DNA of 64,000 nucleotides, taken from NCBI GenBank assembly GCA_016218575.1, contig JACRDN010000016.1, positions 129,306-193,305 on the forward strand, read 5' to 3'. This document shows, in pieces, positions 36,072-44,028 of the stretch. The position numbers were made by a program, and so were the translations under genes. This DNA comes from Elusimicrobiota bacterium (lineage in GTDB: Bacteria > Elusimicrobiota > Elusimicrobia > UBA1565 > UBA9628). Below the pieces are notes generated by a model that had not been told where the DNA came from, did no database searches, and saw only the letters and a program-made list of their open reading frames with translations. How positions within the stretch are numbered: position 1 is the stretch's first letter; each line of letters begins with the position of its first letter.

Positions 36072-38165
36072 ATGGTCAAACTTTCCCTCGACAATCCCAT
36101 ACAATATTTCAAAGGGGTCGGCCCCAGACGCGCGTTGTCGTTCCAGAACCTAGGAATACTCACCGTGGAGGATCTCCTCCACCATTTCCCCCGCGAGTGG
36201 CAGGACCGCCGCCAAACCAAGGACCTCTCTTTCCCCACTGCCTCGGGCCTGACCGTGGTCAAGGGCCGAGTGCTCAAGGCGAGGCTTATCCCCGCCGGCC
36301 CGCGCCTTGCCCTCTACAAGGCCACTCTCAGCACGGGGGAGTCCCGGGTCGAGGCCGTATGGTTCAAGCACTTGAGCCCCCGCTTCGACGTCTTCGCCTC
36401 CCTCAAGAAGGAGGCGGCCCCGGGAGAGGATATTTGGCTCGTGGGACGGGGCGAAAGCCAGCTTCTCGACACCCGGGAAATCAAAGTCGAGGAGCATTAC
36501 CCGGCCTTGGAGGAAAAAAGCCTCCTGCACGTGGACCGACTGACTCCCATCTACAGCCTCACCGAGGGACTGACCCAGCGCTTCCTGCGCGAACTCGTGC
36601 ACAAGGCCCTGCAAGAGGCCGGGCCATCGGCCGCGGAGATCCTGCCCCGACGCCTCCTGGAAAAACGGGCTCTCTTGGCCGCGCCTCAAGCCTTGCGCGC
36701 CGTCCATTTTCCCGAATCCCAGGCCGAGCTCGAGGCCGCCCGCGAACGGCTCGCTTATGAGGAGTTTCTACTTCTCGAGCTGGCTTGGACGCTCAAGCGC
36801 AGACAAACCAACGCCTTGAAGAAAAGTTTCGGCTATACGCTGAGAAAGAACTTGCTCACTCCCTTCAAGGAAAGGCTTGGATTTCACTTCACCTTGGCCC
36901 AGAAAAGAGTGATAAACGAGATTTTCGCGGATATGCAAAAGCCCTCTCCCATGACGAGACTTCTCCAGGGAGACGTGGGCTCGGGAAAAACCGTGGTGGC
37001 TTTGGCCTCCCTGCTCCTAGCCGTTGAGAACGGCTTCCAGGGGGCCTTCATGGCGCCCACCGAGATACTGGCCGAGCAGCATTTCGCGACTATCCAAAAG
37101 TTCTTGAAGGGCTTGCCCGTGAAAACCGCTCTCCTCACCTCCCGGCTGAAGGCGAAGGAACGGGAAAAGATTTTGTCGGAGCTCTCAGCCGGCAAAATCC
37201 AGATACTAGCGGGCACACACGCCCTGCTGGAGGAGGATGTGCTTTTTTCGCGCCTGCGCCTGGCGGTCATAGACGAACAGCACCGTTTCGGGGTGCGCCA
37301 GCGCGCCACTTTGCGCCGCAAAAACTCCCTTCTCGACCTCCTGGTCATGACCGCCACGCCGATCCCGCGGACCTTGGCCCTGGCCCTCTACGGAGACCTC
37401 GACGTCTCCACCTTGGACGAGATGCCCCCCGGCAAAACACCGGCAGAGACCGTCCTCGCCGCGGAAGGAGAGGCCTTCGAGCGCGTGCGCCGAGAGGCGG
37501 CCCTGGGACGCCAGGCCTATGTGGTCTACCCCATCATCGAGGAGTCCAGACGCCTCGACCTGCGCTCGGCCAAGGCCGAGTTCGCGAGGCTAAAACAAGA
37601 CATCTTCCCCGATCTGAAGGTGGCCTTGCTCCATGGGGCCATGCCGAGCCGGGAGAAAAACAAGGTCATGGCCGAGTTTGCGGCCGGCGCCTGGCAGGTC
37701 CTGGCGGCGACCCAGGTCATCGAGGTGGGCATTGATGTCCCCAACGCCACCGTCATGGTGATACAGAACGCGGAACGCTTCGGCCTAGCCAGCCTCCATC
37801 AGCTGCGCGGGCGCATCGGCCGCGGGCAGGCGCCCTCCAAATGCTTCCTCGTAGCGGATCCCAAAACTCCGGAGGCGCGCAAACGCCTAGAGACCATGGC
37901 CGCCGTCCACGACGGCTTTCGCATCGGCGAGGAGGACTTGAAGCTCCGGGGACCCGGGGAGATGCTGGGCACGGCCCAGCATGGGGAGCTCGCCCTCAAG
38001 GTGGCCGATATCTTCAAGGACTCGGCTTTGCTCGCCCGGGCCAAGCAGGACGCCGAAGAGCTCCTCGCGCAAGACCCCAGACTTCAGGATCTCAGCTGCC
38101 GCTCCCTGCGGGAGCGGCTTATCGCCCTCTACCAGCGCCGCTGGGATTGGGTAGACCTCTCTTAA
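36072..38165 (+). CDS. recG: ATP-dependent DNA helicase RecG
   Basis: 697 aa from ATG 36072 (the ORF's upstream ATG at 36015 would overlap the rpmB start). N-terminal wedge domain (PIQYFKGVGPRRA) and SF2 helicase motifs (GDVGSGKT, DEQHRFG, QLRGRIGRG). Confidence 0.85.
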   Translation: MVKLSLDNPIQYFKGVGPRRALSFQNLGILTVEDLLHHFPREWQDRRQTKDLSFPTASGLTVVKGRVLKARLIPAGPRLALYKATLSTGESRVEAVWFKHLSPRFDVFASLKKEAAPGEDIWLVGRGESQLLDTREIKVEEHYPALEEKSLLHVDRLTPIYSLTEGLTQRFLRELVHKALQEAGPSAAEILPRRLLEKRALLAAPQALRAVHFPESQAELEAARERLAYEEFLLLELAWTLKRRQTNALKKSFGYTLRKNLLTPFKERLGFHFTLAQKRVINEIFADMQKPSPMTRLLQGDVGSGKTVVALASLLLAVENGFQGAFMAPTEILAEQHFATIQKFLKGLPVKTALLTSRLKAKEREKILSELSAGKIQILAGTHALLEEDVLFSRLRLAVIDEQHRFGVRQRATLRRKNSLLDLLVMTATPIPRTLALALYGDLDVSTLDEMPPGKTPAETVLAAEGEAFERVRREAALGRQAYVVYPIIEESRRLDLRSAKAEFARLKQDIFPDLKVALLHGAMPSREKNKVMAEFAAGAWQVLAATQVIEVGIDVPNATVMVIQNAERFGLASLHQLRGRIGRGQAPSKCFLVADPKTPEARKRLETMAAVHDGFRIGEEDLKLRGPGEMLGTAQHGELALKVADIFKDSALLARAKQDAEELLAQDPRLQDLSCRSLRERLIALYQRRWDWVDLS

Positions 38166-39088
38166 TTCTCGGGAGACGGATTCAAGGAACCGCCCTCGCA
38201 ACCGGGGCGGAAGCGGCCATTTTTCTTGGTCGTCGGCACGCCCAGGCATTCCCGCCAGAGATGCTCCAGACTCTTTCCCGTGTACTCGACGAACAGCTTG
38301 CTCACGGGAAGGTCCTCGCGGCCTTCGGGACCCTCCTTGGCTTTCCCAAGGCGCATATCCCGGGCAAGTCTTTTCAGGTCCAGTCCGTATTTCCAAACCG
38401 CGTAGCCGAGCAAGGCCGCGCCGCAATTGTAGCCCTCGGAGTAGTGCGTCATCGCCCCATCGCAGCCGTACTCTCCACCGGGATAAGCCAGGCCCCTGGA
38501 ATAGGCCAGATGGTCCGCCACGGCCTCGTCGAGCCACTTCGGCCAATCCACGCGCTCATGCCCGTACCATAGGACCACGTGGGTCAGCTCGTGGACGACG
38601 TATGACCGGATCTTCACGGCATCCTCTCCACCCACCCAACGGTCCGCCCTGCAGGCCACGAGATTGCCCCCGAACCAAACCGCGGCCTGGCAATTGGTGT
38701 CGAGCCTCTTCTCCAATTTGCCTGGATGTAGAGCATATTCATCTTTATATTGAGGACGGGTCGTCAGTATCTTCCTGAGCACCCGCGGCGGAAGAAAATC
38801 GATAACCGCGGGCCTGCCGAGCCTCATTTCTCCTGGGCGGGCGGATTCTTTCCCGAACAGCTCGCCCTCTATTTGGGGAAGCCTCTCGCGACAAGCCAGG
38901 GCCGCGGTTTCAGCCACTGTTTTAAGGCGCGGCTCGCTTTTAGGATAGCGAACCTGGCAGACCATATCCCCGGAGTCGTCCAAAGCCTGAAGAATGACGC
39001 TGACCCGCCCCGGAATCTCGATGAGTTGCGGCGCGGCCCAAGCCGCGGCCGGGAATACCAAAGTCAGAAAGCAAAAAGATGCCCTCAT
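38162..39088 (-). CDS. Secreted zinc-metallopeptidase-like protein (basic secretory protein / peptidase-of-plants-and-bacteria family, HExxH)
   Basis: 308 aa from internal start MRASFCFLTLVFPAAAWAA (signal peptide; alternative ATG at 39112). HExxH motif VVHELTHVVLWYG. The six-frame ORF extends to 39325 through an Arg-rich stretch. Convergent stop-codon overlap with recG. Confidence 0.6.
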   Translation of the reverse strand: MRASFCFLTLVFPAAAWAAPQLIEIPGRVSVILQALDDSGDMVCQVRYPKSEPRLKTVAETAALACRERLPQIEGELFGKESARPGEMRLGRPAVIDFLPPRVLRKILTTRPQYKDEYALHPGKLEKRLDTNCQAAVWFGGNLVACRADRWVGGEDAVKIRSYVVHELTHVVLWYGHERVDWPKWLDEAVADHLAYSRGLAYPGGEYGCDGAMTHYSEGYNCGAALLGYAVWKYGLDLKRLARDMRLGKAKEGPEGREDLPVSKLFVEYTGKSLEHLWRECLGVPTTKKNGRFRPGCEGGSLNPSPEN

Positions 39089-39129
39089 TGCTTGCAAGTA
39101 TAACGACTGCATCGGCACGAGGCAAGGAC

Positions 39130-39396
39130 ATGGAGGATATCGTCGCGCTGCTCGACGGCTGTCCGGACGCCGAGAAGAGAATTGACGCCGCGCCTGGAAA
39201 TGCGCGCGCCTACCTGGCCGCGGAGTTTTCGCGAATGCTGGCAGACGATCTCTTCCTCCTGAGCCTCGAAGGGCACTTGCGGCCCGGCGTCGAGGGCATC
39301 GAACGGATTGATCGTTGTCTCGCAATCATGCGGCGAATAGCTGGAAGCGGCCGCACAAATCAATGGGCAAATGACGGCGAAATGACGTTGAAGTGA
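39130..39396 (+). CDS. Hypothetical small protein upstream of metH (doubtful)
   Basis: 88 aa from MEDIVALLDG. GC3 is about 77% for the first 60 codons but about 52% for the last 29. No recognisable domain. Its 3' end contains the tandem TGACG repeats. It may instead be non-coding metH leader. Confidence 0.3.
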   Translation: MEDIVALLDGCPDAEKRIDAAPGNARAYLAAEFSRMLADDLFLLSLEGHLRPGVEGIERIDRCLAIMRRIAGSGRTNQWANDGEMTLK

Positions 39397-39398
39397 CG
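39369..39398 (+). promoter_or_regulatory. Three tandem 11-bp direct repeats (AAATGACG / AAATGACG / AAGTGACG) 30-60 bp upstream of metH
   Basis: Repeat units begin at 39369, 39380 and 39391 (exactly 11-bp period), ending 31 nt before the metH GTG at 39429. Confidence 0.35.
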
Positions 39399-39428
39399 AG
39401 CGTTATGCGCTAAACTATCCGAACCGCA

Positions 39429-42400
39429 GTGAAACCCTGGGATTTCAAGAACCGCGGCCGCGAAGAAGAGCTTCAGACCCTCCTTAAAGAGCGGATACTG
39501 CTGCTCGACGGGGCCATGGGCACCGCGATCCAGGCCAAGGACCTATCCGCCGCCGACTTCGGAGGCGCCAAGCTCGAAGGCTGCAACGAGAACCTGGTCC
39601 TGACCCGGCCGGACGTCGTTTCCGAGATCCACGAGAGCTACCTGGAGGCCGGCTCGGACATCCTAGAGACCAACACCTTCGGGGCTATCCGCCATGTCCT
39701 GGCCGAGTATGATCTCGAGGACTCGATCCTCGAGATCAACCGCAGAGCCGCAGAGCTCGCCCGCGACGCGGCCAGGCGGCACTCCACGGCCCAAAAGCCC
39801 CGCTTCGTGGCGGGAGCTTTGGGCCCCGGCACCAAGACCATCTCGGTCACGGGAGGCATCACTTTCGAAGAGGTGCGTGAGGCCTACGCCGAGGCTTCCC
39901 TCGGCCTTCTCGAGGGCGGGGTGGACCTTTTCCTTATTGAGACCCAGCAGGATACCCTCAACATCAAGGCATCCCTCTTGGGCATTCTGGACACCTTCCA
40001 GAGCATGGAACGGTCCGTGCCCATACTGCTCTCCGCCTCGATCGAGACCATGGGCACCATGCTGGGCGGGCAGACCGCGGAGGCCCTCTGCGACTCGGTG
40101 GCCCACTTCCCCCTCCTGGCCCTGGGGCTCAACTGCGCCACCGGGCCGGATTTCATGACCGACCACATACGGACCATCGCGCAGTCCTCTTCCTTTCATA
40201 CGCTCTGCTACCCCAACGCCGGCCTGCCCGACGAGAACGGGCATTACAACGAGACCCCCGAGATGGTGGCCAAGAAGCTCGACCGCTTCTGCGCCGCGGG
40301 CTGGATCAACATCGTGGGTGGCTGCTGCGGAACCACGCCCCGGCATGTGCGCCTCTTGGCCCAAATGGCCGAGGCTCGCAGGCCCCGCGCGCTCCCGAAA
40401 ATCAGGCGCTCGACCGTTTCGGGGCTTGAATCCCTCCGCTTGGACGAGGATAGGCGGCCCGTACTAGTCGGGGAGCGCGCCAACGTGATCGGCTCGCGCC
40501 TTTTCAAGGAGCTTATCGTCAAGGAATCCCACGAGGAGGCCTCCGAGATCGGGCGACGGCAGGTCCGCAACGGGGCCCATATCTTGGACGTGTGCCTGGC
40601 CAATCCAGACAGGGACGAGCAATCGGACATGATCCGCTTCCTTGACTTTCTGACTAAGAAAGTCAAGGTTCCTCTCATGATTGATTCCACCGACGCCGCC
40701 GTGATCGAGGAAGCCTTGAAGCGCTGCCCGGGCAAGTCCATCGTCAACTCGATTAACCTGGAGGACGGTGAGGAGCGCTTCGAGAAGGTGGTGCCTCTTC
40801 TCCGCCAATACGGCGCCGCCGTGGTGGTGGGGACCATAGACGAGGACAAGGCCCAGGGAATGGCCCTGACGTCCCGGCGCAAGCTGGAGATCGCGCTTCG
40901 CAGCCACGAGCTTCTGACCCGCAAGTACGGCCTCGCCTCCGAAGACTTGATCTTCGACCCCCTGGTCTTCCCGTCGGGAACCGGGGACAAGAATTACTGG
41001 GGCTCGGCCATGGAAACCGTGGAGGGGCTCAAGCTCATCAAAAAGGCCCTTCCCTCATGCAAGACCATTCTCGGCGTCTCCAACGTCTCCTTCGGGCTCC
41101 CGGCCCCCGGCCGAGAGATACTGAACTCGGTTTTCCTGCATCTCTGCGTGGAGGCAGGGCTGGATTTGGCCATCGTCAATTCCGAGAAGATAGCCCGCTA
41201 CTCATCCATTCCGGAGACGGAAAAGAAGCTTTGCCTGTATCTCCTCTCCTGGAAGGGTCCGATGGACCCTTCCAGGCCACAGGGCTACGACGCCGTGGCC
41301 GAGTTCTCCGCTCACTTCCGGCAGGCCGTGGCGCAAAAAAAAACCGAGTCCGAGCGCTTAAAACTTCCGATAGACGAGCGCCTGGCCCGCAACGTGGTCG
41401 AAGGGTCCAAGGAAGGGCTTCTGCTTGATCTTGAGGCCCTCCTCAAGGAGCGAAAGCCCCTCGAAATCATCAATGGCCCCTTGATGAAAGGCATGGACGA
41501 GGTAGGCCGGCTTTTCGCGGCCAACGACATGATCGTGGCCGAGGTCCTGCAGTCCGCCGAGGTCATGAAGGCCGCGGTCTCCTTCCTCGAGCCCCACATG
41601 GACAAGGCCGACGCCGCCTCCCGCGGCACGGTGCTTCTGGCCACGGTCAAGGGAGACGTCCACGACATTGGAAAGAACCTCGTCCACATCATCCTCAAGA
41701 ACAACGGCTACCGGGTGGAGGACCTCGGCATCAAGGTGGCTCCCGAAACCTTGATCGAGGCGATCAAGAGGATATCGCCGCATATCGTCGGTCTCTCGGG
41801 CCTCCTGGTCAAGTCCGCCCAGCAGATGTCGGTCACGGCCGAGGATCTGGCCAATGCGGGCGTCAAAATCCCCATTCTCGTAGGAGGAGCCGCCCTCTCG
41901 GCCAAATTCACGGCCGCGAAAATCGCTCCCCGCTACCCCGGAGCCGTGCTCTACGCCAAGGACGCCATGACCGGCCTCGAGTACTCTAACCAGCTCCAGG
42001 ATCAAAAGCGCCGGTCGGCGCTTTTGAAAAAAAACAAGGAGATTCAAGACCATCTGGCAGCACCCGTCAGGCCCAACGCATCTCCTAATGGGCCCGAAAG
42101 CGGCGCCGCTGCCGCGGCGGCGCCCATCATCGGCCAGGATCATAATATCCCCCTGCCGCCCGACCTCAAACCCCACGTCCTGCCGGACTTCTCGGTCGAG
42201 GAGATATTCGGCTACATAAACCCCATCATGCTTTACGGCAAGCATTTGGGGCTTAAGGGCAGCCCAGAACGGCTGTTCCAGGAAAGCAACCTCAAGGCCT
42301 TGGAGCTGCGCCGACAAGTCCTGGATTTGCAAAGTGAAATCCTGGCCAAGGGCCTGATTAAAGCCAAGGCCGTCTACCGTTTTTATCCCGCCCAGGCCGA

Positions 42401-42959
42401 GGGGAACAAGGTTCTTTTATACCGATCCCCCTTGGAGACGGCCCCCTTGGAGGCTTTCGAATTTCCGCGGCAAGACTCCGGCGACAAGCTTTGCCTGGCC
42501 GACTACGTGCGGCCTAAGAGCGCCTCCAAGGACTTCATCGCCTTGTTCGTGGTCACCTGCGGCTCCGGCGTGCGCGAGCTCTCGGACTGCTACCGGGAGA
42601 AAGGGGAGTATTTCAAGTCGCACGCCCTCCAAGCCATCGCGATAGAGGCGGCCGAAGGCTTCGCCGAGCTCCTGCACGAGCGCCTGCGCGCCATGTGGGG
42701 CTTCGCCGACGCCCCGAGCCTCACTCTCAAGGACAAGTTCCAGGCGCGCTACCGCGGCCTGCGCGTGAGCTTCGGCTACCCGGCCTGCCCGAGCCTCGAG
42801 GACCAGGAAAAGCTCTTCCACCTGCTCGAGCCCGAAAAGAACATCGGGGTTTCCCTCACCGAGGGCTTCATGATGGAGCCGGAGGCCAGCGTCTCGGCCT
42901 TGGTCTTCCACCACCCCCAGGCGCGCTATTTTTCAGTGTTGAATTCGGTGACGGCTTAA
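39429..42959 (+). CDS. metH: Cobalamin-dependent methionine synthase MetH
   Basis: 1176 aa, all four modules present: homocysteine-binding (LLLDGAMGT), pterin-binding, B12-binding (DVHDIGKNLV...GLSGLL) and the C-terminal AdoMet-binding reactivation domain. GTG start. Confidence 0.95.
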   Translation: MKPWDFKNRGREEELQTLLKERILLLDGAMGTAIQAKDLSAADFGGAKLEGCNENLVLTRPDVVSEIHESYLEAGSDILETNTFGAIRHVLAEYDLEDSILEINRRAAELARDAARRHSTAQKPRFVAGALGPGTKTISVTGGITFEEVREAYAEASLGLLEGGVDLFLIETQQDTLNIKASLLGILDTFQSMERSVPILLSASIETMGTMLGGQTAEALCDSVAHFPLLALGLNCATGPDFMTDHIRTIAQSSSFHTLCYPNAGLPDENGHYNETPEMVAKKLDRFCAAGWINIVGGCCGTTPRHVRLLAQMAEARRPRALPKIRRSTVSGLESLRLDEDRRPVLVGERANVIGSRLFKELIVKESHEEASEIGRRQVRNGAHILDVCLANPDRDEQSDMIRFLDFLTKKVKVPLMIDSTDAAVIEEALKRCPGKSIVNSINLEDGEERFEKVVPLLRQYGAAVVVGTIDEDKAQGMALTSRRKLEIALRSHELLTRKYGLASEDLIFDPLVFPSGTGDKNYWGSAMETVEGLKLIKKALPSCKTILGVSNVSFGLPAPGREILNSVFLHLCVEAGLDLAIVNSEKIARYSSIPETEKKLCLYLLSWKGPMDPSRPQGYDAVAEFSAHFRQAVAQKKTESERLKLPIDERLARNVVEGSKEGLLLDLEALLKERKPLEIINGPLMKGMDEVGRLFAANDMIVAEVLQSAEVMKAAVSFLEPHMDKADAASRGTVLLATVKGDVHDIGKNLVHIILKNNGYRVEDLGIKVAPETLIEAIKRISPHIVGLSGLLVKSAQQMSVTAEDLANAGVKIPILVGGAALSAKFTAAKIAPRYPGAVLYAKDAMTGLEYSNQLQDQKRRSALLKKNKEIQDHLAAPVRPNASPNGPESGAAAAAAPIIGQDHNIPLPPDLKPHVLPDFSVEEIFGYINPIMLYGKHLGLKGSPERLFQESNLKALELRRQVLDLQSEILAKGLIKAKAVYRFYPAQAEGNKVLLYRSPLETAPLEAFEFPRQDSGDKLCLADYVRPKSASKDFIALFVVTCGSGVRELSDCYREKGEYFKSHALQAIAIEAAEGFAELLHERLRAMWGFADAPSLTLKDKFQARYRGLRVSFGYPACPSLEDQEKLFHLLEPEKNIGVSLTEGFMMEPEASVSALVFHHPQARYFSVLNSVTA

Positions 42960-42980
42960 TTCGGTAACTGTCACCGAATT
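42942..42980. promoter_or_regulatory. Triple AATTCGGTNAC repeat (two direct + one inverted) forming an 11-bp stem hairpin at the metH stop / coaD promoter
   Basis: AATTCGGTGAC (42942-42952), AATTCGGTAAC (42958-42968) and inverted GTCACCGAATT (42970-42980); the metH TAA (42957-42959) is inside the structure. It is followed by TGgTATACT (42985-42993), an extended -10, and coaD ATG 43004. Confidence 0.5.
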
Positions 42981-42984
42981 GAAT

Positions 42985-42993
42985 TGGTATACT
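42985..42993 (+). promoter_or_regulatory. Extended -10 (TGgTATACT) for coaD, implying a very short leader
   Basis: TGGTATACT lies 10 nt upstream of the coaD ATG; no Shine-Dalgarno sequence. Confidence 0.35.
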
Positions 42994-43003
42994 CCAAATT
43001 AAC

Positions 43004-43498
43004 ATGTCCTCGCGATTGGCGGTGTACCCCGGCAGCTTCGATCCCCTGACCCGGGGACATCTCGACATCATCCACCGCGCCTGCCGGCTCTTCGACACGG
43101 TGATCGTGGCCGTGTCCAACAACCCCACCAAAAACCACACCTTCAGCGTGGCCGAGCGCATCGCCATGGTGGAGAACTCCATCCGGGACATCCCAAACGC
43201 GGACGTGGACGCGTTCTCGGGGCTCCTGGTAGACTATCTCAAGGCCAAGAAGTCGCAGGTCCTCATCCGCGGGTTGAGGGTGGTCTCCGACATGGACTAC
43301 GAATTCCAGCTCGCTTCCTTTAACCGCCGGCTTAATAAGGAAGTGGAAACCGTTTTTCTGATGCCCGACGACGCCTTGACCTACCTCGCCTCCTCCATGG
43401 TCAAGGAGGTGGCAAGGCTGGGAGCCCCCGTGGACGGTTTCGTCACCCCGGCCGTGGCCCGGGAGCTCCGCCGAAAATTTGGCCCCGATAAGAAATAG
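43004..43498 (+). CDS. coaD: Phosphopantetheine adenylyltransferase CoaD
   Basis: 164 aa. Conserved N-terminus AVYPGSFDPLTRGHLDII and later blocks (VIRGLR, DYEFQLA, SSMVKEV). Confidence 0.9.
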   Translation: MSSRLAVYPGSFDPLTRGHLDIIHRACRLFDTVIVAVSNNPTKNHTFSVAERIAMVENSIRDIPNADVDAFSGLLVDYLKAKKSQVLIRGLRVVSDMDYEFQLASFNRRLNKEVETVFLMPDDALTYLASSMVKEVARLGAPVDGFVTPAVARELRRKFGPDKK

Positions 43499-43976
43499 CG
43501 CTCAAATCCTGCTCCTGGCCTTGGCGGCGATTCTCCTGGGCCTCGTCGTTTACAACACCCTTGGGCTGGGCCGGCCGCGGCGGGAAATCGCCGGCGCAGG
43601 CGGAAGCGCTTCTCCTCCAGCCCCCGCCATGCCTGAGGCGCAAAGGCGGGCTTCCCCCGCGGCGAGCGTGGCCGACAAGGACGCGCTCTACCGCAAACTC
43701 CAGGAGGACGGCGCGGCGATGGGCCTGGAGGGGGTCGCTCCCGGGGAAGAAGACGAGGCGCCGCTGCCCTTCATGAGGTCCCAACTCGCCGAGCCCGGGA
43801 CGCGGGAACAGGCCGATGCCGCCATGCGCGAGCTCTCGGCCCTTCGCCAGTCGGCCGACGAGGCCGGAGGAAAAAGACCCGCGGTCCCCCTGGAGGGGCA
43901 AACCCCGTTCCTACTTTCCACGCCCGAGGCGACCACCGGCCATTTTCTTCTTGACTCCTCGGGCCCGGCTAAATAG
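43479..43976 (+). CDS. Hypothetical membrane-anchored Pro/Ala/Glu-rich protein
   Basis: 165 aa with an N-terminal TM (ILLLALAAILLGLVVY) then low-complexity acidic sequence. High GC3. Overlaps the coaD 3' end by 20 nt; the start is uncertain. Confidence 0.45.
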   Translation: MAPIRNSAQILLLALAAILLGLVVYNTLGLGRPRREIAGAGGSASPPAPAMPEAQRRASPAASVADKDALYRKLQEDGAAMGLEGVAPGEEDEAPLPFMRSQLAEPGTREQADAAMRELSALRQSADEAGGKRPAVPLEGQTPFLLSTPEATTGHFLLDSSGPAK

Positions 43977-43984
43977 AATCTGGG

Positions 43985-44020
43985 GGACCAATGGTCCTAT
44001 AGCAATAATAGGACCATGGG
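43985..44020. promoter_or_regulatory. Paired GGACCA-N-TGGTCC palindromes upstream of the M14 carboxypeptidase gene
   Basis: Perfect 13-bp palindrome GGACCAATGGTCC (43985-43997), then an AT-rich spacer TATAGCAATAATA, then a second half-copy AGGACCATGG (44010-44019). Ends 9 nt before ATG 44029. Confidence 0.4.
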
Positions 44021-44028
44021 AGGTCTTG

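Noticed and set aside
39089-39428. Cobalamin or SAM/SAH riboswitch upstream of metH.
   Set aside because: No B12-box (GCCACTG-like) or recognisable SAM-I/SAM-II/SAH core could be identified by eye. This needs a covariance-model scan, so it is noted only as a possibility.
43816-44028. Upstream extension of the M14 carboxypeptidase ORF.
   Set aside because: The Pro/Arg-rich translation overlaps the hypothetical gene 43479-43976. A proper signal peptide begins at ATG 44029.
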